Position numbers and translations under genes: made by a program. A model generated the notes under the pieces. It did not search any database and was not told the DNA's origin. It was given only the letters and a program-made list of their open reading frames with translations. Positions 1 through 11,200 of a DNA stretch of 64,000 bases are shown piece by piece. The first letter of the stretch is position 1, and each line of letters begins with the position of its first letter. Origin of the DNA: Macrostomum lignano. Lineage: Eukaryota. The stretch is from positions 1 to 64,000 of the forward strand of contig NIVC01000545.1 of NCBI GenBank assembly GCA_002269645.1, read 5' to 3'.

Positions 1-225
1 GCCGAATTGAGTTGACAAGCACAGCCTCACACCTTATTTTAATTTTTGCTGAAATCCCAAATTATCAATGCAAAGAGATTTCCCATATTCTTAATAATTT
101 ATCTAAAGCGAATTTCGTAATTTGAGGATCTCAAACAGCTCAACTCATAAAAACTGATCAAAGCTCCAAGCCTGTGTTTTTCATCTTGTACTTGAGTTTG
201 GAATTTTGATTTTTACTTATGTGCC
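1..225. repeat. Copy 1 of a diverged ~230-bp direct repeat (partner at 1267-1495)
   Basis: gccgaattgagttgac(a)agcacagcctcacacc...gctgaaatcccaaatta...ttcttaataatttatctaaagc...tttggaattttgattt recurs 1266 bp downstream with scattered mismatches; this copy may begin before the window. Confidence 0.8.
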
Positions 226-337
226 CTGCTCATAAGTATACTGCCTCAGGCTTGGGGTGGGCGCTCAGCCTCTCAGTCCCTCAGCATCTCCGCAAATCAC
301 TGCTGTGAGAATGAGGATCATGAGCTGTGATGGAGAA

Positions 338-750
338 GGGCTGGGATGTAGGGTGAGCGGACAGGAGGAGAGAGACAGGCTGGGATGTAGGGTGAGGGAC
401 AGGAGGAGAGAGACAGGCTGGGATGTAGGGTGAGACAGGGAGAGAGACAGCTGGGATGTAGGGTGAGGGACAGGAGAGAGACAGGCTGGGATGTAGGGTG
501 AGAGACAGGAGAGAGACAGGCTGGGATGTAGGGTGAGGGACAGGGAGAGAGACAGGCTGGGATGTAGGGTGAGGGACAGGGAGAGAGACAGGCTGGGATG
601 TAGGGTGAGGGACAGGAGGAGAGACAGGCTGGGATGTAGGGTGAGGGACAGGGAGAGAGACAGGCTGGGATGTAGGGTGAGGGACAGGGGGAGAGACAGG
701 CTGGGATGTAGGGTGAGGGACAGGAGGAGAGAGACAGGCTGGGATGTAGG
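338..750. repeat. G-rich minisatellite, ~36-bp unit (ggctgggatgtagggtgagggacagggagagagaca), ~11 copies
   Basis: Tandem periodicity is directly visible; it explains the repetitive ORFs 265-939 and 533-835. Confidence 0.95.
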
Positions 751-1133
751 TAGGGTGCAGGACTGGCCGTCGGCCAAGGGTAGGGCCACTATCGATACTG
801 ATCGGACACCCACGACCACAAAAAATCGGGAATAAAACACAAAGTCGTTGCTATCAATCTCTATGCATCGTTTCTTAGCCCTCGAAGCCAAATGGGGATA
901 TAGTCTATCAATGTAAAAAAGATGTTTAAATCGCCGCACGCAATAACTCCTACAGTCAGCTACTCATAGAAGTAGTGCGGTAAGCATATCCTTGACATAA
1001 AGGAGAATGGCTGATGGCATTTTTGACGAAAATTTCTTTATACAAAATCCGCCATGCTATATTATTTTACTCAAGAGAGAGTAACAGATCTTTTGCACTA
1101 CCTTGAACTGTGCCTTGGGCTCTCGGGGGTGGA

Positions 1134-1154
1134 CTCTCTCTCTCCCTCCCCTCC

Positions 1155-1210
<56 letters not shown>

Positions 1211-1220
1211 TCCTTCTCTC
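1134..1220. repeat. (CT)n microsatellite
   Basis: Direct reading. Confidence 0.95.
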
Positions 1221-1266
1221 TGACTGCTTACACAGCCATCCTTCAGGTAACCAACTAGCGCACAGG

Positions 1267-1495
1267 CCGAATTGAGTTGACAGCACAGCCTCACACCGTA
1301 TATTCATATGTGCTGAAATCCCAAATTAGCTCGTATCTATTCAATGGGATTTCCTATATTCTTAATAATTTATCTAAAGCAAATTTGTACTTTTTGGGAT
1401 TTTAAACAGCTTAACTGATAAAACTGATTAAAGTTCCCTGCCTGTGTCTTTGTCATTTTGTACTTGGATTTGGAATTTTGATTTGTTCTTGTGCC
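1267..1495. repeat. Copy 2 of the diverged ~230-bp direct repeat (partner at 1-225)
   Basis: Visual alignment to positions 1-225. Confidence 0.8.
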
Positions 1496-2400
1496 CATAT
1501 TTCATGCACACAGCCATTGCTCATTTTCCACAATCTTCCTCAAGCCCAATAAAAACTGGGGGGGGGTCAATAAAAATTTTTCCAGTTGCGAGAAGGCTAA
1601 AAAAGAAAAAAATTGCAGGCTTCCAGCTCAGCCTCCGCCCGTCATCTCTGAGCACAGAAGCGAAGGTGCAGTGAGGGGGCAGGAAGGGTGCTCAAGCACA
1701 ACACAAAGGCTCCATTGTGCAAAGCTGGGGCTGCAACTCATGCTCATGAAGCAAGCCCTGCTCTTTCTGCAGCTTCAGCATCCCCACTCCCCCAAATTTA
1801 TTTTTTTATAAGCAGTTGAGTTAAAAAAACACGGCAGCCACTCAGTGCTGAGAGTAGGCAGTTCCGGTATGCTAGAGAGTCACACATGAGTATATTTGAT
1901 TAGATGATGACAAACAGCAAAGAGCTTGAGTACAGTTTGGTATTTAAACATCTCCACTGCTTGAGGGAATATTCATAAAACAGTTCTGGGATAAATCATC
2001 AGCAGGTAGATAAATATTTGAGTTCGATAGTTGAGCAGAGTTGAATCAATCAAATTTAATGTTTCAAGACATTTGCAAGTTTAATTCAAAGCTTTCAGGC
2101 ATTTCCAATCTGATGCAACGCTGCCGTCTCAATGCCCTCAAATTGAAGTTTCAGCACTGCAAAGACCGAAGCGTGTCAAAAAATTCGGGAAAACGGAAAA
2201 ACGCAGCAGTCAAGGGATGAATTTATAGAAACTTGAAGGCCAAGGATTGTAGTTTAGACTTTAAAAAGAACAATAGTAACTCATTTTCAAGGGATTTTCT
2301 GGGACTCAAACGGCTGCTGATTCTGAATGAAGGCGAACCAGCAACCAGCTCAGCTTCTGTCATTTTCTTGCGGCGAGAAGCGAGCTAAGGAATCCCTTTT

Positions 2401-5400
2401 TCAGCTTCCCGCCCGCAGAAACTCCTGCTCCAGCAGCTCCTCTGCGGATCTTCTCTTCCTGCAGTCCTTGGCGGTGCAGCGGCTGTAGAAATCCCTCAGC
2501 TCTGCGGACCGGCCGTCCGGCAGGGCGGGGGCGCCCCTCCTGTCGATCAGCTGGGCCATTTCTAACAGGCTTTTAGCGTTCGCAAATGGCCTTCCACCAG
2601 ACGCCATCTGGAAGATCAAGCAGCCGAACGCCCAGATGTCCGACTCTCTGCTGTACTGCACGCTGTCCGATTCTCCCGCTCCGAGCAGCTCTGGCGCCAT
2701 GAAGTTCAGAGTACCTTTGGGTGACTTAGTGGAGGCTGAGATGTGGCTGACTGACTGCTCCAGCTTGATTGACAAGCCGAAGTCGATCAGCTTGATTTGC
2801 GTGTTGTCAGAACACACAATTATGTTCAAGCAGTTGATGTCTCTGTGGATCACGGGCGGCTGCCGGCTGTGCAGGTAGAGCAGCGCGCGGCAGATCTGCG
2901 AGCGGTCGGTCAGTGAGCAGTCCTCACTCATGGGAACATGGAACAGGAGCATCAAGGATGCACAGTGCTCACCTGCTCGCTGAAGTCTCGAATAGTCAGC
3001 TCGTCTAGCGGCTTGTTGTCGATAAACCTCTCCAAGCTTCGGCCGTCCAGCAGCTCCATGAACACAACGACTGTGGCGAGTTCTGGCTGAGCGATATGCA
3101 AGAACCTGACGATGTTGGGATGCCGCAGTCGGCACAGGTTTCTCTCGCTCTCGATAGCTCTGTGGATCTCTGTGCTCACAGAGGTTTGGTCATCACCGAG
3201 CTGCACAGGCAGTCTGAGAGTCTTGGCAGCGCACGTGACGCCCGTGTCAGTTCGAACTTCGTGGACTTCACCGAAGCCTCCGCGGCCGATGAGGCGAATG
3301 GCATTCCAGCGCTTCAGGAACGGCGGGCCTTCGGGACTGAGGGGATGTGAGTTGAGACAATGAGGGATAATTTTCATGCTGTAGCTGTGTGCTTTAGCTG
3401 TGTGTGCTGTAGCTGTGTGCTTTAGCTGTGTGCTGTAGCTGTGTGTGTTGCAGCTGTGTGTACTGTAGCTGTGTGTTGCAGTTGTGTGTTGCAGTTGTGT
3501 GTTACTGTAGCTGTGTGTTGTAGCTGTGTGTGCTGTAGCTGTGTGCTTTAGCTGTGTGCTGTAGCTGTGTGTGTTGCAGCTGTGTGTGCTGTAGCTGTGT
3601 GTTGCAGTTGTGTGTTACTGTAGCTGTGTGTTGTAGCTGTGTGTGCTGTAGCTGTGTGCTTTAGCTGTGTGCTGTAGCTGTGTGTGTTGCAGCTGTGTGT
3701 ACTGTAGCTGTGTGTTGCAGTTGTGTGTTGCAGTTGTGTGTTACTGTAGCTGTGTGTTGTAGCTGTGTGTGCTGTAGCTGTGTGTGCTGAAGGAACTCAC
3801 GGCAGTGCCAGAGGCTCGTCGAAGTAAATCTTGCCGTCATACCTAAATAGGCAGTGCGGAGTCTGAAGTCAGGAGAATTCTGGTGGGAGCCCATATTGTG
3901 CTTCATTCAATTTATTCTATTTGTAATCATTTTGCTTTAACTGTCTAGCAGGTGAAACGCCAAATTAATATTCAATTGACAATATGCAGTCAAGCTGCAC
4001 TGCAAACTCCCTCAATGCAGCTCAGTCAGTCCCTACTGCCCATTTAAACTAATGTTTTGCATAATTTTTATCAATAATAAATCAAAGTCAGACATTCTCT
4101 GTCGCCATGGAAACTCACCCACGCAGCAGCTCAGCCAGTTCGCTCCTTCCCTGCTGTGTGATCAAATCCAGCGCAGTCCTGCCATATATGTTCTTCAGGC
4201 TCCAATCCGCCCTGAGTCCAGCAGAACCCGACTGACTGCGGCGGCGGTGGCGGGGGGCGCAAATTTGGCTGCCTCCATGAGGGGCGTGGATTCCAACTCA
4301 CTCCTGGCATTGGCGGAGGCTCCGGCAGCCAGCAGAGCGGAGGCTGCGGTAGAATTGCCAGCCATCGCTGCATGGTGCAGGCAACTGACAGCCCCTATAT
4401 CCGCACAGGTGGGGTCACCCAGCTGCACAAGCTGCTCCCACAGTGCCTCATCACCGCACGAGCTGTTCTGAGCTGCCCACATCAATGCGGTGAGACCCGC
4501 TCTGTCAAGCAGGTCGCAGCTGCCGCGGGTCGCCGCTCGCCGCAGCCCCGCCGAGTCGCCCGCCTCGGCCAGCCGCTGCAGTTCCTGTCGATCCGCCTCC
4601 TCCTGCAAAGGCGAGCGGGAAATTTGAGCACAGCTGCTCAGCTGCAGCCGCATCGGCACCAGTCGTGTCTCCCTGCAATAGCAAAAATGAAAAGCGAATT
4701 CGCAATTTTCCCAAATCCGACAACTGCGATCGCCAATAGAAATTTTAAGTTGTACGACATAATTTTCATCATAAGTTTAGTGAACAGAAATTCCTAATTA
4801 TCTGAGCTGCTCGCAGATGGAGTTTCCAAGAGGACTGCAGCAGCTCTGCAACAATCAGCATTGGCGAGATCGCATCCGACTTGAGTTTCCCTCCATCTCA
4901 CAATGTCTCACTAAGCACTCACGCACAGCCTCGCAGTTCTCCATCTGCAGCTCAACCCACATACTCTCACTGCAAACCAAGGACCTACAGCATCCATTCT
5001 CATTTGAGATCAACCGGCACCCCATTGGCTGGGAGGCAGCCAGCCAATCACAGCTCTTGCCCATCAGGCAGTCAGCCAGAGACAAGCTCAGCTGACTGGC
5101 TCTGATTGGCTGGCCGGAGACTGCAGCTCTGGCCACCCCAGCTGAATGCTGCAAAACTTGATGGACACAGCAGCGAACTGCTCACTCACCGCTCGATGTA
5201 GCTGGCCAGCTCTGAGTGGCCGCTGAGCCTCGCCGATTCCGACGCCGTCCGACCCTCGGGATTCTTCAGTCCGAGCAGCCGCGACCTCTTCGAGTTTCCG
5301 TGCTTGTCGCACTCATTGAACCTATACTGCCTGAGCAGGTGCAGCAGGTGCTTGGCGCATTTCCAGCTTCCAGTCCGCGCCGCCTCCATTAGCGGAGTGG

Positions 5401-6216
5401 CGCCGTTGTCGTTCCGCAGCCACTTCGCATCGAACGACAGCAGCGTCAGCACCCGCAGGTGGTCCCGCCGGGCTGCCAGGTGCGCAGCCGTGTCGCCGTT
5501 CGCGTCAGCTGCCCTTGGGTTCGCGCCCAGCTCAAATAAGTACAAGATGCACTTTTCAGTCTGCACGGGAGTCTCAGAAGCGTCGGCAACATGCATGAGG
5601 ACGGTCCGACGAACTTCATCAGCGCTAGTGACCAGCTGGCGCGTTGCCAGCCGCCGCACCTGGCCGAAGTCACCTTGAATAACGTCGTGGGCGAGAGTCC
5701 GGAGATCAGCTGCTGAGTTTCCGACGCTTGCCCGGTTGCTGGGGTCCGGCTGAGTGAGTTCCTGCAACTGCAATTGAGGCACACAAGCTGCACATTCAAA
5801 CATGTGAGTGAGTTCCTGCAACTGCAATTGAGGCACACAAGCTGCACATTCAAACATATGAGTGAGTTCCTGCAACTGCAATTGAGGCACACAAGCTGCA
5901 CATTCAAACATATGAGTGAGTTCCTGCAACTGCAATCGAGCCTACAAATGTTCAATATGCTTCAATTTGCTCACTTTAATTTTACTCACTCTTTCGTCAG
6001 GAAATGGTGTTGGCGATTGCTCTGTCATGACTGGAAGCTCAGTCGCAGGTGTCTCAGCTTAGCCCGAGAGTCCGGCAGGGCAGTGGCCGCCTCTGCAGCA
6101 GGTTTTATTGGCCCTGGAGCAGCTGCAGCGAATTCCTTCTCACCCGGCCTGCTCAGATTGCGGCTGCTTTTGCTGGCTCGTGCGGCCGCCTCTGCCCAGG
6201 TTTCTGCCTCTCCCAT
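2401..6216 (-). CDS. Ankyrin-repeat + Ser/Thr protein kinase (STE11/MEKK-like kinase domain), ~747 aa if two single-base frameshifts are corrected
   Basis: Exons 6216-5990, 5749-5190, 4672-4119, 3842-3801, 3336-2973, 2895-2401, all GT-AG and phase-compatible. Ankyrin motifs GDTAAHLAA, GATPLMEAA, GLTALMWAA, STPLMEAA, GRTALDL. Kinase motifs GRGGFGEV, AAK, HRDINCLN, DFG, GTLNFMAPE, SDIWAFGC. Frame breaks at ~6059-6061 and ~4210-4212. An alternative in-frame path via a mini-exon 4969-4927 and acceptor 4602 also exists. Confidence 0.8.
3378..3788. repeat. Intronic low-complexity minisatellite ((tagctgtgtgtgctg)-like units)
   Basis: Direct reading; it fills the intron 3337-3800 of the kinase gene. 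Confidence 0.9.
5751..5934. repeat. Intronic 54-bp tandem repeat x3.4
   Basis: tgagtgagttcctgcaactgcaattgaggcacacaagctgcacattcaaacat(g/a) at 5751, 5805 and 5859; the last unit on the minus strand supplies the acceptor cactcag. Confidence 0.95.
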
Positions 6217-7504
6217 TGGCTCTGAGGGAACAGCAAAACTGCTGCAATATCAGTGCGTGGCTACTTAAAGCAGTCAGTGTGCCACTGCGGATTTCCTTGC
6301 AAAATTGATGCAATTAAAATGCCAAATATGAATGATAATTTTGTATTTAGACCAACTCCATTTATCGATCGTGAATTGCTAATTGGAAAATATTTTTTTT
6401 GCGATGAAGCCAGATCAGTGCAAACATAAACAGCTTGAGCACATTATTGTTCATTGGGTGCTCTGCTCAGGCTCAAGTACAAGACTTGGACTCTGCTACT
6501 CAACAGTAGTCAGTAAGTGCTTTCGCAAGCTCAAAGCTGTTACTTCAGCTCGAAATTTCACACTGAAAAAAAGTGCTGCAAGTTGCAACTGCACTGGCAG
6601 GAAAGTTCACAAGTTCGACAAAATGAAATCTTTGCGGTGCCACTTGATAAGGGTGTGGAAATTTTTCCCTGAAATACGAAAAATTCCTTCAAAGTTTTTG
6701 GATTTCTATAAAGATGAAAGAAACTTCATTTTACAATTCAACATCATATCAGAATCCCATTGTCAGCTGTCAGGTGCACTGCAGTCTCGTATATTCCCCC
6801 CCCCCCAGGTATTCAAAATCGGATTCTCCGCCTCAATGGGGCAGATATTTTGCTGTCAAAAATTGTTAGAGCTGCTGTGGGGCAGACGGTAGAGGCTGGA
6901 AGACTTCAATTTCCGGTAAATTTCAGTCGATTCGAACAAACTGGGATGCAGAGAGCTTTACCAAAAGGATGTCGAACTGCAGCTTCTATTTATTAAGCGC
7001 AGGAGCTTTCCCGCAATTAATCGAGTTCTACGAGTATTAGACTGACTATCAAACAATTTAAACAGATAAACAAGGAAGCTAGGAAGTTTTTCCACTCGAG
7101 TCTGGCCAGCGCAGACTCTCGGATGGACTCTCGCAATCAGCCATGGGGTGGGAAAAGGAAAGGAGGGTCAGCGAGTGAAACCAGCTGGTGAGAAAACAAA
7201 ACGGGGGGACGTATTTTCAAGCCGTTTCCTGAAAAGTTCCTCAGTTTCAGGAAAGAGCAGCTGAAGCTGCGGCTGAGCGACCCGAGTTGCTGTCAAAACT
7301 CTCGAAGGCTTGCCGAATTACAGTTGCTCTGAAGACGGATCTACTTTGCCGAAGAAGTTGGCATTTTTGTACCGAATTATCTGAATTGAGGAATTCCCTG
7401 CGTAAAATCCTATGCATATTATTTGAAGTTGTCGCTGCATACATCACAAATTCGCGGAGAAGAAAAGTAATATCTGGATCGCAAAATGGTCAGTGCTCTC
7501 TCAC

Positions 7505-7790
7505 TCAGAATATACGAAGAACATGGCCTGCACCACTATGCTGGAGTTGCGTATTAAGGGTGGCTGACTGGTTTTTTTATGTACAAGGCTTCTAAGATCT
7601 TGAGCTTGTGATCCGATGGGGCATTGATCAATGATTTTAAAGTGTTCTTCACGTGTGCAATTGAAGCAACTGTTGCATTCAGAGGATGTCCATAGAAAGG
7701 GAGAATGCGTGTTGATTCACACAAGTCAATGTGATTAAGTTTGGTGGTAACTTTTTGTCCAAATGCTGGATCTGAAAGCTTAAAAAATAA
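7505..7790 (-). mobile_element. Degenerate Penelope-like retroelement remnant (GIY-YIG endonuclease C-terminus)
   Basis: Manual minus-strand translation across frameshifts gives ECNSCFNCTREEHFKIIDQCP / DHKLKILEALYIKK / TLNTQLQHSGAGHVLRIF*, resembling the F-x-I-(I/L)-D...L-x-I-x-E-A-L-x-I-K...P-x-L-N tail of Penelope endonucleases. Confidence 0.55.
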
Positions 7791-8264
7791 GGAATGAGTA
7801 GGAATGAGGGCGTCACAGAAGTTTTGGGTGCTTATACCAGGAATTCAATGTTGCTGTACAAGAGCACTACTTGAGCGGCGTTCAGGGACGCTTTCAGGAG
7901 AGAAACTTGAAGATAGCGAAGATCTATAGCCTCGCTTTGCTCCAGCAACAGGGTATTTCTGGATTTGCGAGACTAGAGATGAGCGATACCATATTCCTAC
8001 TCCTAGCGACCCACGCGATAAAGCGATGTTTAATAATTAAGATTAACTGTTCCAGTTTTACGCTCGTAGTTTTTTGATGACGAATTTAGGAGGCTGTTTA
8101 ATAGAAACATTGTGTTGTGTCGTCTAGAAGCTGTAAAACAAAAAATGAAATCTAAGCAGCATAAAATACAACTCGCTTGCAATTGTCAAAAATGCTTGCT
8201 TGGGTCAACTTAAATAATTAAAAATTACCTATAAAAGAGTAAAAGTGCTGCATGTAATACAGCT

Positions 8265-11200
8265 TCAGGTAATAACTGCCTGCTTCCTCAGAGACTTGGG
8301 AGGGTCGAACCGACCAGCCAGGAACACCAGAGATTCGTCAAACGACATCTGGCGCATTGTGTAGCGCTGAACGCCCAGCAGTTTTGTGTTGTTGGCGAGC
8401 CACCCGAGGACGTTCAACACGCCGCCAGTAGCAGACTTTGGCACGCAGATCTGCACGCATTGGCCCCAGTCGTTCAGCACAGACGTGCCCTCAAAGATCA
8501 CAGCAAGCGAGCCCTTCAAGTTTTGCTTGTTTTGTTGCAGCTTTGCCAGGCCGACTCTTTCCATGGTCAGTTCCAGGGTGTAGGCTTCGTCAAACCTAGG
8601 GGAATTATGGTTAAAACCAAAATGTAATAAATATTTTACTGCCAACACATGAAGTTTAAATGCACGTGTGAAATGACGCATTGAAGCGAGCCAAAAACTC
8701 TAGCGTAAGAGAATTTGTCACTTACAGGGAGCTTAAACTTTGCACAGTGTTGAGGGCAATCATCCGGCCTCGGTTTAATACGCCAACCCGGTCGCAGAGG
8801 GCATCAGCCTGTTCCAGTCTGCGAGTGGAAAGAAGCACAGCTCGACTCTGATTTCTTAAAGCAACAACGGCGCCTCGGATGAGGCCGCGAGCCTTCGGAT
8901 CCACGCCGGCTGTGGCCTCGTCGATGACGACCAGTGCCGGGTTGCCCAGCAGGGCTATTGCTAAGCAAAGCCGGCGCTTCTCTCCAATAGACAGCTGGTT
9001 AGTGCGGCTGTGCTGCCTGTTTAGCAGGCCCAGGCTGCTCATCAAACTGATCGACTGTCTTTCGGCTAGAGCACTTGGGACGCCTAAAATTCTGGCGTAC
9101 AGAATCAGGTGCTCTGACATGGTTATGCTGTCATAGAGGGGACAGTACTGTGGGCAGTAGCCCACGGCGCCCAGCGGTACACTCGTCGAATTCAGCTGCC
9201 AGTTAGCGTTGCGGGATCGAACACCAAAGGTACCCTCCGTTGGCTTTTCTTTGCCGACAATAACAGATAGTAAGCTTGACTTCCCGGCGCCGCTGGACCC
9301 CAGCAGACCCAGAATTTCGCCAGTCATGACCCCAAAGGTAACGCCTCTCACGGCTTCCACTCCGTTGGGATAGGTCTTTCTCAGTTTGGCAATCTCCAGT
9401 ACGTTATCTCGATTCCTCAACGATTTCAACAGACGTTTTTCTTCGGTGTCCACGCTAGGATTTTTTGGCGCGTCAATGTCCAGGTCGTTGTAGTTTCCAG
9501 TTTTGCTGAATTTGTAATGGATGACGTCCCATTTTCTAATCAAAATCATAATCCGGGATAGAATTATCAAATGGACAAGCATTGCCGCGACTGAAAGAAG
9601 ATAAAAAATGTTGTTGCTCCAGACGTCGACATAAACGTTTGAGATGTCGGAGATGCTCTTCAGGTGATAGTACTCGAGCTTGTAGATTACCTGGATCATT
9701 CCAAAATAGGCCGTAGAAAACGGGGCCACGGAGGGCAGCAAGAAAATAAGAAGGGCAAAAAGTGGAATGCCCTGCAAGTGCATGGTTACTAAAATCCATT
9801 GCATTAACAGCGTGAAGATTTGATAGCATACCGTAGTGACAGCTAACGATGAGGTTGACAACGAAGCGATGACGTAAGCTGTCAGTTGATTCGATGCTGT
9901 GCCAAAAAGCAACACAGGCAGATATACATTTAATAGATAGAACAGACTCCTGTAGCGTTCCCAAATAATTGGCACCGAAGCTGCGATCGAAAAGCAAATT
10001 GCGTATTGGAACCAGTGCACAAAGAACGTATGGGCCCAATATGACCAGCGACTCATACCCGTTGCTAAGAATTGCAGCTGCACATTGCTAGTAATATCTT
10101 CGACAACATCTCTGATGAAAGAGGCCGAGAATAGACAGAAGAATGCAAAGAGAAGAAGAATCTCAATATTAAAGTAACCGTATTGACTGAATGGCAGAAG
10201 ATTTGATAGCGCAGTGGTATTTTTCACTTCTCCAGCTCGGAAAAATTGTGAAATCTTTTCGAATCCTCTTCGCAACGCGTGAGACGTATCATCTACGGAG
10301 TTGGCATCCAAGAAGACGCCAATGGAAATCGAGCGCTGATTATTGGGAAAACTCTGATTCCATACCGTTGAATAGTACACTATGCACGGCGGCATCACGT
10401 CTTCGATTCCCTTGCATCCTTGTCTTAACTGACGTATCGTGCTTGGTTGTTGCAAGAATTTTTTCATCGACTCAGTTTTTGGCTTCAATATAATTCGAGG
10501 CTTCACTAAAGTCTTTTCCATCAGCTGAAGTTTTCTGCAAAATTCTGTATCGTAAGTTTCAACTATTTCGCTGTCGCGCATGCACACTATTCTTAGGTTC
10601 GTTGCTTTTGAATACGTTTGAGACTTTACGCCAAAGAGTCCACTGTAGGTGTCCGTCTCCTGCATTTCCTTGACTGAATCAATCTTCGGCTGAGAGTTGT
10701 AGGCGCTCATCATTAATGGACACCAGACGCTCAAACTCAATAGGAAGATTAGAGGCAGTACAATTCGGCCAACAATTTGCCAGGCACTTCTCAACTGACG
10801 CTTCATATTGATAATAAAAATCCCACCAAATCTTCTTATTGAGGACGGTGATACACTCGATGCGCTCGTCTGCGATTGGCTCAGATCCGGATTGGTGCTG
10901 CTCATGTCGTTGTAGATGTCTTCCAGATATTCTGACAATTTTCCAGAGCGAAGATGTTGCGAAAATTCTGAAATTGTCATACCATCGAGCTTTTTGAAGA
11001 CATCACCAATGGTGGTTTGTGAGACGCTGAATGATGCAACAATATCTTTGCTGTTCTCCAGCTTTTTTACCACCTCATCCAGCATGCGAAGGGACCCGGA
11101 GTCCTTCACCTCAAGCTGAACTTCGACGCTTTTTCTTTGTTTGAGTCGCGTTTGAGGAAGTTCCATTAGCAATCTACTAAAATCCTTTTCTCGCTTTAAC

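Noticed and set aside
265-939. 224-aa minus-strand ORF and 100-aa plus-strand ORF
   Set aside because: Dominated by the 36-bp minisatellite; the unique part has no recognisable motif and no convincing splice partners.
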